In this document: positions 1-10,579 of the stretch, one piece after another | Layout of the letters: every line of letters starts with the position of its first letter | Position numbering within the stretch: position 1 is the stretch's first letter | Origin: Terriglobia bacterium | Lineage (GTDB): Bacteria > Acidobacteriota > Terriglobia > Acidiferrales > UBA7541 | Direction: 5' to 3' | Assembly (NCBI GenBank): GCA_963695545.1 | Contig: OY968796.1 | Coordinates: 3,104,001-3,168,000, forward strand | DNA length: 64,000 nucleotides | Program-made: the position numbers and the translations under genes | Notes under the pieces: model-generated | Told to the model about the DNA's origin: nothing | The model's input: only the letters and a program-made list of their open reading frames with translations | Database searches by the model: none

Positions 1-2
1 GT

Positions 3-2069
3 AAGTGCCAAGGTCGGATCCGTGCCGACCAGGAATACGGTGTTCGAGTTGGCCACGTACGCCGCCAGATGGTACGTGTTGCTGCTCGGGTCCATCAGCG
101 TCACACTGCCGCGTCCATTCACCGCAAGCGAATAGCCGCCCGTCAGCACAATCCCCGGCTGCAAGATCAAAGCATCGTTGCGGTCCCACGTTCCGGAAAC
201 TACGCCGGCCGTCGTGCCCACGGTGAGTTGACCGGTTGCGTCCTGTTGCGCGGTCGTGGGAGGAGTGGCGCCGGTCCAGTTGAGCGCGAAACTTCCGGTG
301 ACGTTTAGTGTCGAGAAAATGCCGCCGCGCTGGGCGACGACCTGACCGTCGGCCACGGTCGATGAATCCGTCTCCTGAATGAATCCCTGTCCGGGCGAAA
401 CGAAGTAAATAACGAAGGTCATGGCCGGCTCGCCACTCGGGGTGATAGAGGCCGTGCCGCGTCCGCTGGCGGCAACGGAGTAGTTGCCGGTGAACTGCGC
501 GGATGGCATGACGGTGCCGTTGTTATTTTCGTCGAGCAGGCAGCTCGAGGTCGGCAAGCTGGTGCAGAAATTGCCTCCGCCGTCAGCCAAAAATATTCCC
601 GCCGTCGCGATCTTACCGGTCGTGCTGCGGCCCGCAATTGTGAAAACGTTCAGGCTTGAAAGGAAGCCGTCGTTCGCGGTACCGCCGGATTGCTGCAAGG
701 CGTCGCCCACGAGGTCGGCCGAAGTGTCGGTTTCAATGAAGCGCACTTGGCCCGTCGAGATCATGTAGAAGGTGAACGTCGTCGGCCCGCTGAAGCCGTT
801 GATCGTCGCCGTTCCGCGCCCGGTGGCAGAGTTGATGGCTCCGAAGTTGCCGGAAAAAGCCGCGGCGGGGGTGAGTGTGCCGCTGGCGTTGATATCTTCG
901 AGGCCCGTTTGGAGCATGGCGCCCGTGCCGGTCGCTCTGAACTGGCCAACTTCGGATGTCGGCAGTGCCGCGCCGCTCACGCCAAAGAAGTCGAAGGCGT
1001 AGCCGCCCAGGAAGCTCGCTTGCGTGAATGACGACGGAGTCTGCAAATCCGCCTCGCCGCGAGCTGTGGCAAAATTATCGGCCTCGATCAACTTAATCTG
1101 GTTCGCATTGACAACCACCAAATCGTAATTCGTAGTACCGGTCGAGTCGGTGAGTGTGGCCGTGCCCCGGCCGTCGGGGCCGATTGCGTAATTACCGCTG
1201 ATGGCGCTGGTTGTGGCTGGCGAGCCGGCGAAGTGAACATCCTCGGTGCCGGAAATCGCGCTGATTCCGTCAGGTGTGAACTGGCCCGCGCGCGCGAAAA
1301 AGCCATTGGCATTCTGCCCCGCAAGAGAAAACGCGTAAGAGCCCTGCGCAGACGCCGCGGCATAATTCAGCGTCGCGGTCACGCCGGCCGCTTGGGTTGT
1401 GTCAGCGTCCAGGTAAGCTGAAACGAATACGGAGCCGCCCGGAGGCGGCACTTGGGGAGGAAAGTAATTGGCGGTCCCCATAGCTGTGTACGTGCCTCCG
1501 TTAGCGATGCACATTAAAACAGGGGCGCTCGTCTGCACGATCGTTCCGAGAGTTGCATTCCCGCCCGCGACGCTGCCGACTTCCCACGTAACGTCCGGGT
1601 TCTCGCAATTTTGCAGGCCGAACAGCGACACGGATAGTTCGGTCGGCGCGGCCGGGATTGACGGAGCCAGCGGCGACAGTGTCGCCGGAGAAATGCTCAC
1701 GACGGGAATCGGCGTGATGTCGACGGGGGCGGACGCAAACAGTGTAGTGTCTGCGGTGAGCTCAACGGAGATGTAGACATCCTCACCGCCCGCTGGCGTG
1801 AGCGTGGCGGGCGCCTGGTAGAGTCCCGTCGTGCTGATGGTGCCGATGCCGGTTGTGGCGTTGCCACCGACGATGCCATTGACCAGCCACGTCACGGCCG
1901 ACGTAGTTTCGTTTGTAATGGTGTCGCCGAATTGGGTGCTGGTGCCGGCCTCCATGGTTAGGCTCGTCGGAGAAATCGTAATCGTCGGGGTCGCGGCCGC
2001 GGTTGATTTGTGGCACCCGCCTGACGTGATCGCAAAGGCCATTGCCGCGAGCAGCGCGGCGCGCTTCAT
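3..2069 (-). CDS. Large lipoprotein with Ig-like domains and repeated beta-rich domains (3' end outside window)
   Basis: Hand-translated; absent from ORF track because no stop codon lies in the window. Starts MKRAALLAAMAFAITSGGC (lipobox Cys), Ig-like segments (TITISPTS, VTWLVNGIVGGNATTGIGTISTTGLYQAP), four GRG(T/S) repeat units. Alternative ATG at 2084. Confidence 0.8.
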   Translation of the reverse strand, partial: MKRAALLAAMAFAITSGGCHKSTAAATPTITISPTSLTMEAGTSTQFGDTITNETTSAVTWLVNGIVGGNATTGIGTISTTGLYQAPATLTPAGGEDVYISVELTADTTLFASAPVDITPIPVVSISPATLSPLAPSIPAAPTELSVSLFGLQNCENPDVTWEVGSVAGGNATLGTIVQTSAPVLMCIANGGTYTAMGTANYFPPQVPPPGGSVFVSAYLDADTTQAAGVTATLNYAAASAQGSYAFSLAGQNANGFFARAGQFTPDGISAISGTEDVHFAGSPATTSAISGNYAIGPDGRGTATLTDSTGTTNYDLVVVNANQIKLIEADNFATARGEADLQTPSSFTQASFLGGYAFDFFGVSGAALPTSEVGQFRATGTGAMLQTGLEDINASGTLTPAAAFSGNFGAINSATGRGTATINGFSGPTTFTFYMISTGQVRFIETDTSADLVGDALQQSGGTANDGFLSSLNVFTIAGRSTTGKIATAGIFLADGGGNFCTSLPTSSCLLDENNNGTVMPSAQFTGNYSVAASGRGTASITPSGEPAMTFVIYFVSPGQGFIQETDSSTVADGQVVAQRGGIFSTLNVTGSFALNWTGATPPTTAQQDATGQLTVGTTAGVVSGTWDRNDALILQPGIVLTGGYSLAVNGRGSVTLMDPSSNTYHLAAYVANSNTVFLVGTDPTLAL

Positions 2070-2473
2070 CGATTGCCCCCGCATCGGGCCTCGCGGCTGT
2101 TGAGCGCGGCGGCACGCTGTCGCCTTTGCAGCAGCGGCGGCAATGGCATCCCCGCCGCAAACCGCTGGCTCGCGGTCACTTCTGCCGCAGCAATCGTTCT
2201 TCGCATCGCCCCACGCGCGGTCCCGCTAAGCATTGCGCTCCTTGCAGTTCGGCCCATCGCGCACAACCGTAGCATGTTCACCCCCAGAGCATTTTCCTGT
2301 AGCGGGCCTCAAAGTTCCAACGATATTCTTACCGCGTCCCCGGCCGGGCTTTGGCCGAGGATCTTGCCTGCTGCCGTCTCCACCGACGTCCACGCCCCGA
2401 GGGAACACCTATAGGACACGCCGGAGCGCCGAAAAGTTGCTTGGGGGCGCTGAAGCATCGGTATCTCACCCAA

Positions 2474-4253
<1,780 letters not shown>

Positions 4254-4296
4254 GTTAGTTTTCGCCGTAACTTAAGATTGCCCCGAGGTAACCTCC

Positions 4297-5151
4297 ATGA
4301 CGAAATTGAAAATCGGCGCCGCAACATTCTCGCGGATGGTGCTGTCTTTTGGCGGAGTCGCACTTTGCCTGGCTTTCGTCGCCAGCCAAGCTTTGGCTCA
4401 AAATGGCACAAAGCTCGATGCGCCGGTACAGTCCGAGAACCCCGTGCCGCGAGCGCCGGCCGCTCCGCCTGCGATGAAGGCGGCAATCCTCCACAAAGCG
4501 GAGACGGGCTATTACATCCTCCAAAGCCAGGGCCTCAAGGCTTTCCAGTGCAACGTTCAGCCCAATTGGACCGAGATCGTTCCTGATCCGGCGCAGCTCG
4601 CATTAGTCAGCCAGGTGCAGTTTTCGGCAGTAATCAACGACCAAGGCGGCGTGCAGGTATCTGCGTTCCTGCCGAATGGCGCGGCCATCGATCCCAGCGT
4701 GAATCAAATGGTCAGCGGCGTTCAACAAACGGTTTCTGGATTCTTCGAGACGTGGAACTCGATGGTTCTCTCCCCCGTGTTTTCGGCGGACGACGATGCC
4801 AAGCTTATTTATTCGTCCCAAGCGGACGGCTATCATTTCTCTCAAAAAAATGCGGACACGAGTGTGGACATTGTCATGACCAAGGATGCCTTGATGACGG
4901 CGATGAAAGTGACGACCGCGTCGTCGGTGATCGCCATGCAGCCTGTGTACATGGCGACGGACAAGGGCTTGCTGCTGACCAGCATGAATAGCGACATCAA
5001 CGGCGGAAAACAGAAAGTGAATTTCGAGGTCCAATACCAGAACGTCGAAGGGTTTGAGATGCCGGCGATGGTGGCCTACCAAGTGACGCTTCCCGATCAA
5101 GTCGTCTCGCTCGATATGAGTTTCGCTTCTTACACGCTCGCGAGGCAGTGA
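4297..5151 (+). CDS. Secreted hypothetical protein
   Basis: 284-aa ORF, GAGG RBS, signal peptide ending ALA-Q, beta-rich mature part. Confidence 0.75.
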   Translation: MTKLKIGAATFSRMVLSFGGVALCLAFVASQALAQNGTKLDAPVQSENPVPRAPAAPPAMKAAILHKAETGYYILQSQGLKAFQCNVQPNWTEIVPDPAQLALVSQVQFSAVINDQGGVQVSAFLPNGAAIDPSVNQMVSGVQQTVSGFFETWNSMVLSPVFSADDDAKLIYSSQADGYHFSQKNADTSVDIVMTKDALMTAMKVTTASSVIAMQPVYMATDKGLLLTSMNSDINGGKQKVNFEVQYQNVEGFEMPAMVAYQVTLPDQVVSLDMSFASYTLARQ

Positions 5152-5224
5152 CCGGCCCGCCGGATTCGCGCACGCGCGCCGATTGCAAAACCGCGGCGTC
5201 CCGCATAGTCTAGGACGCGCCCTC

Positions 5225-6064
5225 ATGCCCGAAGCAAAACAGATTCCGATCGGGAAGTTTCGCGTTGGCGCCGGCTGTCCGCTGTTTCTGATTGCGGGGC
5301 CGTGCGTGATCGAAAGTGAAGCGCACGCGCGCATGATCGGCGAACGTTTGGTGGAAATCACCGCGGCGGCGAAAGTTTCTCTGGTATTCAAGGCATCGTT
5401 CGACAAGGCCAATCGCACTTCGCTTGCTTCGTTTCGCGGCCCAGGCATCACCGAAGGCCTGGCAATCCTCGGCCGCATCAAGCAGCAGCTTGGCGTGCCC
5501 GTGCTCACCGATATTCATGAGCCGGCGCAAGCCGCACTCGCCGCTGAAGTCTGCGACGTGCTGCAAATCCCCGCGTTCCTTTCGCGCCAAACCGATCTGC
5601 TGCTGGCCGCGGCGCGCACCGGGCGCGTGGTCAATCTGAAAAAAGGACAATTTCTTTCACCGTGGGACATGGCGCACGCCGTGGAAAAAGTGGCCAGTGC
5701 CGGAAATCACAAAGTGATCTTGACCGAGCGCGGCGTGTCGTTCGGTTACCAGAATCTCGTCGTCGATATGCGCTCGATCCCCATCATGAAGAAGACCGGC
5801 TGCCCCGTGGTCTTCGACGTCACACATGCCGTGCAATTGCCCGGCGCTGATGGCAACGCGAGCGGCGGCCAGCCCGAGTTCATTGAACCGCTCGCCCGCG
5901 CCGGAGTCGCGGCCGGCGCAGACGGCGTGTTCCTCGAAGTGCACAACGACCCTGCGCGCGCTCTCTCCGACGGCTCGAACGCGTTGGCGCTCGATCGTCT
6001 GCCCGCGCTGCTTGCAAAACTCGCGCCGCTCGCGGATTTGGTGCGCACCGTGGGGCTCGCATGA
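5225..6064 (+). CDS. kdsA: 3-deoxy-8-phosphooctulonate (KDO8P) synthase
   Basis: LIAGPCVIES, FKASFDKANRTS, QIPAFLSRQTDL, KKGQFLSP, TERG motifs. Confidence 0.97.
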   Translation: MPEAKQIPIGKFRVGAGCPLFLIAGPCVIESEAHARMIGERLVEITAAAKVSLVFKASFDKANRTSLASFRGPGITEGLAILGRIKQQLGVPVLTDIHEPAQAALAAEVCDVLQIPAFLSRQTDLLLAAARTGRVVNLKKGQFLSPWDMAHAVEKVASAGNHKVILTERGVSFGYQNLVVDMRSIPIMKKTGCPVVFDVTHAVQLPGADGNASGGQPEFIEPLARAGVAAGADGVFLEVHNDPARALSDGSNALALDRLPALLAKLAPLADLVRTVGLA

Positions 6065-6074
6065 GCCGCCTCAC

Positions 6075-7034
6075 ATGAGCATGGAAACAGCCAAGCGCGT
6101 GTTGCGCATCGAGGCCGCGGCCATCAGCGATCTGATCGCGCGCCTTGATGTGCGATTTACGCAAGCAGTCGATTTGCTGCTCGCGTGCAAGGGACGCGTG
6201 GTCGTCACGGGCATGGGCAAATCGGGACTCGTCGGCAGAAAAATCGCGGCCACGCTGTCCAGCACCGGCACGCCGTCGCTGTTCTTACATCCGGCTGAAG
6301 CGCTGCATGGCGATCTCGGCATGCTCACGCGCCAGGACGCTGTGCTGGCCGTCAGCTACGGCGGCGAAACCGAAGAGATTCTCGCGCTACTCGAAACCAT
6401 CGAGCGGCTCGGCCTGCCGATCATTTCGCTCACCGGCAATCCCAAATCCACGCTCGCCGCCGCGAGTAAGGTTGTGCTCGACATTCGCGTCAGCGAAGAG
6501 GCCTGCTCGCTAAATCTCGCGCCCACGGCGTCCACCGCCGCGGCCATGGCCATGGGTGACGCTCTGGCGATCGCGCTGCTCGAGCGCCGCGGTTTCCGCG
6601 AAGGCGATTTCGCCGCGCTGCATCCAAAGGGCCGCCTGGGAATGAAGTTGTTGCGCGCCGAAAACTTGATGCACTCGGGAGATGCGCTGCCCCGGGTCGA
6701 CCCGTCGACGAAACTGACCGAAGTCATTTATGAAATGAGCAGCAAAGGTCTCGGCATGACCACCGTGATCGACGCCGATGGCCGCTTGGCCGGCATCCTC
6801 ACCGACGGCGATCTGCGCCGCGTGATGCAGAAGCGCGGCCCCGAAGTGTTTCACGCCGTCGCCGGAGAGTGCATGACGCGCGAACCCGCGACGATCGGTC
6901 CCGCGGAACTTGCCAGCCACGCTTTTCGCGTGATGGAAGAGCGCCACATCACTTCCCTCGTGGTCGTGGATGGCGAGCGCCGGCCGCTCGGCGTGCTGCA
7001 CCTGCACGATCTGTGGACGCTCGATCCGTCGTAG
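6075..7034 (+). CDS. kdsD: Arabinose-5-phosphate isomerase (KpsF/GutQ family, SIS + CBS)
   Basis: VTGMGKSG, HPAEALHGDLG, LAPTAST, two C-terminal CBS domains. Confidence 0.95.
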   Translation: MSMETAKRVLRIEAAAISDLIARLDVRFTQAVDLLLACKGRVVVTGMGKSGLVGRKIAATLSSTGTPSLFLHPAEALHGDLGMLTRQDAVLAVSYGGETEEILALLETIERLGLPIISLTGNPKSTLAAASKVVLDIRVSEEACSLNLAPTASTAAAMAMGDALAIALLERRGFREGDFAALHPKGRLGMKLLRAENLMHSGDALPRVDPSTKLTEVIYEMSSKGLGMTTVIDADGRLAGILTDGDLRRVMQKRGPEVFHAVAGECMTREPATIGPAELASHAFRVMEERHITSLVVVDGERRPLGVLHLHDLWTLDPS

Positions 7035-7053
7035 TCTCTCGGAGGAATCGTCA

Positions 7054-7626
7054 TTGCCAAACAATAAAAAGCCGTTTGCCGCGCCAGTCTCCGCCGCGGT
7101 CGCGCGCCGCGCGCGCCGCATTCGAGTTCTGCTTGTTGACGTCGACGGCGTGCTAACGGACGGCCACGTGTGGCTCCTCTCTCAGCCCGACGGCACGACG
7201 CTCGAGCTGAAAAGTTTTCACTCCCAGGACGGCGCCGGCCTCACGATCTTGAAGCTTGCCGGCTTTCGCACCGGCTTGATCACCGGCCGCGATTCCGCCG
7301 CGGTTACGCGCCGCGCCGCCGAATGTGGAATGGAATTTGTCTACCAGGCCGCGGCGGTGAAGCTCCCGATCTACGAAGAAATCTTGGAGAGGGCCGGCGT
7401 GCACGACGATGAAGTGGCCTACGTCGGCGACGATCTGCCCGACATTCCGGTAATGAAGCGCGTTGGCCTGGCTGTTGCGGTAGCTAACGCCATGCCCGAA
7501 GTGAAGCGCGCCGCGCATTACACCACCGCGCATTCCGGCGGCGATGGCGCCGTCCGCGAAGTCGTCGAGCTGCTTTTGAAATCCCAGGGCCGCTGGGAGG
7601 AAATGATCGGCAAAGCGCGCGCGTGA
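7054..7626 (+). CDS. kdsC: KDO8P phosphatase (HAD family); start uncertain
   Basis: DVDGVLTDG, ITGR, YVGDDLPD, GGDGAVRE motifs; follows kdsA-kdsD. Confidence 0.93.
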   Translation: MPNNKKPFAAPVSAAVARRARRIRVLLVDVDGVLTDGHVWLLSQPDGTTLELKSFHSQDGAGLTILKLAGFRTGLITGRDSAAVTRRAAECGMEFVYQAAAVKLPIYEEILERAGVHDDEVAYVGDDLPDIPVMKRVGLAVAVANAMPEVKRAAHYTTAHSGGDGAVREVVELLLKSQGRWEEMIGKARA

Positions 7627-7630
7627 GCCG

Positions 7631-8314
7631 TTAGCTTCCTTGCGATTGTTTTCGCGCTAATTCGTTGATGTCCTGCGTTTCGAGCAACTTCTTCGGCGCG
7701 CCGTGCTTGGCGACTTCGAGCATCGCGCGCCCCATCCGGTCCGTGGTCGTCACACTTTTCGGAAACACGCGCAGCAGCACCGGAATCATCGGGCCCATCA
7801 CCGCGTACATCGCGCGATACCATCCCGTTTTCGATTTCTCTCCGTGGGTCGGCTGGATCACTCCAGGACGAAACATGTACGCCGCTTTGAAAGGGAGCTT
7901 CAATAGAGCGTTTTCCGTCGCCCCCTTCACGCGTGCCCACATCGATCGCCCATGTTCGGTGCTGTCGGTCCCCGTGCCTGACACGTAGCTGAATGTCATT
8001 CCCGGATCCACCTTCGCCAACGCGTTAGCGGCAGCCAGGGTCAGGTCATACGTGAGGTGCCGGTAGTCCGCTTCGGTCTTTCCCGCGGAGCTAACGCCCA
8101 GGCAAAAAAAGCACGCGTCGTAACCCCGCAGCTCGTCCTCGATGTCGGCGTAGTTGAAAAGATCCTTGCGCACAATTTCGCGCAGCTTCGCGTGTTTCTG
8201 CCCCGTCGCGGTGCGCCCGATCGAAAGCACGCTTTCGATCTCCGGGTCGAGCAAACATTCCCGCAGCACGCCTTGCCCGACCATCCCCGTCGCGCCGAAT
8301 AAAATGGTCTTCAC
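7631..8314 (-). CDS. NAD(P)-binding epimerase/oxidoreductase (atypical SDR)
   Basis: N-terminal GATGMVG Rossmann motif, DACFFCLG, MWARVKGATEN. Confidence 0.88.
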   Translation of the reverse strand: MKTILFGATGMVGQGVLRECLLDPEIESVLSIGRTATGQKHAKLREIVRKDLFNYADIEDELRGYDACFFCLGVSSAGKTEADYRHLTYDLTLAAANALAKVDPGMTFSYVSGTGTDSTEHGRSMWARVKGATENALLKLPFKAAYMFRPGVIQPTHGEKSKTGWYRAMYAVMGPMIPVLLRVFPKSVTTTDRMGRAMLEVAKHGAPKKLLETQDINELARKQSQGS

Positions 8315-8623
8315 CGAATGCAGCCTTCACCTTTCGCGCGATTTCCCGGGCAGCAGTCCCGCCGTCACATAAAAGCGCGAGCGAGCGCGTTGCGTATCGT
8401 AACTCCATCTCGGCTCGCGGCGCTGTAACTGTTCATCGTGGGAGCGGGATTGACGATCTCCGGACACATGCGTGTGCGGCTCAACACAATTCAGTTTTGC
8501 CGCTCTCGCTGAGCAATCGGACGGTGTTGACGAATCCCTTGTGTTTCGGGCCCTAATCGAAATCTCCATCAGGCGTCGGCGATGTGGAGACGCACTTGCT
8601 GTCAGACGAGAAAGGCCGTAAAC

Positions 8624-10579
8624 GTGGCAACAATCAGGGGCACCGACGTGGATCATCGAAACGCAAAGCGCTTTTGGATCGCAGGCCTCGTTGCCTGCGC
8701 AACCCTCACCCTGGCGGGGCTTGGCTTTGTGCGATGGCGGGCGCAGCAAGCGCTGAGCAGCTCCGAACGTGAAGTTGCCTCCGAGCAAAATTTGGGCTTC
8801 GTTGTTCGGCCGGTCACCGAAGCCGCCGACAGCAGGTTTGAATGGATCAGCTCTCCGGCAGTCTTCTCCCATGCAGTCGAGTTTCAAGGCCAGTTGTACG
8901 TGAGTGGTCCCGCGGGGCTCTATGAGTTCGGCGCCGACGGCAAGCTCGAGAAGGAGTATCACGCCGGCAAAGATTTGCCATCGTCTCCGCTAACCCGCAT
9001 GGCGACGGCGATCCTGGCCGATTCGGGCCAGCCGGAACTGGTGATCGCGACTAAGAGCGAGGGCCTCGTCGCGTTTAATGGCTCGAGCTTCCGCCAGATT
9101 CGCCCTACAGACGCGGAGAATCGAGAAATCACGGCCATCCTGCCGCTGGCTTCAGGGCAACTCCTGATTGGCACCGCCAAGCAAGGCGTTCTGATCTACG
9201 ACGGAAAGCATCTGGGTCCGTTCCACCCCACACTTTCCGGCATTCACGTCACCGAATTAGCCGGCGATCAATCCGATTTGTGGATCGGCACGATCGATCG
9301 CGGCGTCCTCCACTGGCATGGCGGAGAGACCGACACGTTCGGTGAAGCCGAAGGCCTGCCCGATCCCCAGGTTCTTTCGCTGCTCGTGGCGGACGAGCGT
9401 ACGTTCGTCGGAACCCCGCTCGGCGTTGCCGAATTCCGCCAGGGACGCCTCGAGCGCGTTCTGGCGCAGGGCGCGTTCGCGCAAGCGCTCGGCGCCAGCG
9501 ACGACGCGCTCTTCATCGGCACGCTCGATCAGGGCGTCGTTCGCGCGCCTCTCGCCGCCAATCCGTTTCCGGGTGGGATCGCGCCAGATTCGCAGCAGAT
9601 CGACGATGTCGTGCAAATCTTTAAGTCCTCGGACGGCGTGTATGCGCTGGCGCGGCAGGGCCTTTATGCACTCGGTGAGCGGGGCGGCGGCGCGAAGCAG
9701 CTCATTCAGCCTGCGGAAGCAGCGCTCGCGGACGCGAACGTTTCGGCACTTTCGGTCGACGCGCAAGGCAAGCTCTGGGTCGGCTATTTCGATCGCGGCC
9801 TCGATATCGTCGAAGCTGACGGACGCCGCGCGCGCCACGTGGAAGACGATCGCGTTTTCTGCGTGAACCGCATCGTTCCCGCCCGCGCCGGCGCGGCCAC
9901 CGCCGTCGCCACGGCCAACGGTCTCATCATGTTCGATTCCGACGGCAACGAGCGGCAAATCCTCACGCACGCCGATGGCTTGATCGCGGATCACGTCACC
10001 GATGTCGCCATCGAACCTGACGGCATGGCCATCGCGACTCCGGCAGGAATCACGTTTCTGGGCGCGGATGGCGCGCGCAGCCTTTACGCCTTCGAGGGCC
10101 TCGTCAATAACCACGTGTACGCGCTCGGCGCTTCCGGACAAGAACTGATCGCGGGAACTCTTGGCGGCATCTCCGTCCTCGATCAAGGCCAAATCATCGC
10201 GAACTACACCACCGCAAATTCTGCGCTCGGACACAATTGGATCTCCGCCGTCGTTCCGCTCGGGCGCGAATGGATGGTCGGGACTTACGGCGGAGGCATC
10301 GTGAGGCTCGATGATTCCGGCAAGTTCCATTCCTACGACGTCGCCACAGCCGATTTCGACGTGAATCCGAACGCCATGCTGGTGACCAACGGCCACGTGT
10401 ATGCGGGAAGCCTGGGCCAGGGGCTCTACATTTACGATCGCGGTTCTGACCGCTGGTCGAACGTCACCGCTGGCTTGCCATCGGAAAATGTGACGGCGCT
10501 CGCACAGGACAACGGCTACATCTACGTCGGCACGGACAACGGCCTCGTGCGTGTGCGCGAACAGGATCTCCTGCAATGA
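8624..10579 (+). CDS. Membrane-anchored beta-propeller protein (two-component regulator propeller-like repeats); start uncertain
   Basis: N-terminal hydrophobic helix; repeated LWIGT-x-x-G-(V/L) and GLP-x-x-x-V-x-x-L blade motifs. Confidence 0.8.
   Translation: MATIRGTDVDHRNAKRFWIAGLVACATLTLAGLGFVRWRAQQALSSSEREVASEQNLGFVVRPVTEAADSRFEWISSPAVFSHAVEFQGQLYVSGPAGLYEFGADGKLEKEYHAGKDLPSSPLTRMATAILADSGQPELVIATKSEGLVAFNGSSFRQIRPTDAENREITAILPLASGQLLIGTAKQGVLIYDGKHLGPFHPTLSGIHVTELAGDQSDLWIGTIDRGVLHWHGGETDTFGEAEGLPDPQVLSLLVADERTFVGTPLGVAEFRQGRLERVLAQGAFAQALGASDDALFIGTLDQGVVRAPLAANPFPGGIAPDSQQIDDVVQIFKSSDGVYALARQGLYALGERGGGAKQLIQPAEAALADANVSALSVDAQGKLWVGYFDRGLDIVEADGRRARHVEDDRVFCVNRIVPARAGAATAVATANGLIMFDSDGNERQILTHADGLIADHVTDVAIEPDGMAIATPAGITFLGADGARSLYAFEGLVNNHVYALGASGQELIAGTLGGISVLDQGQIIANYTTANSALGHNWISAVVPLGREWMVGTYGGGIVRLDDSGKFHSYDVATADFDVNPNAMLVTNGHVYAGSLGQGLYIYDRGSDRWSNVTAGLPSENVTALAQDNGYIYVGTDNGLVRVREQDLLQ

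Noticed and set aside
9257..10576. Long antisense ORFs (e.g. 439 aa here, 373 aa at 16283-17404, 341 aa at 54353-55378)
   Set aside because: Shadows of GC-rich genes on the opposite strand with no motifs
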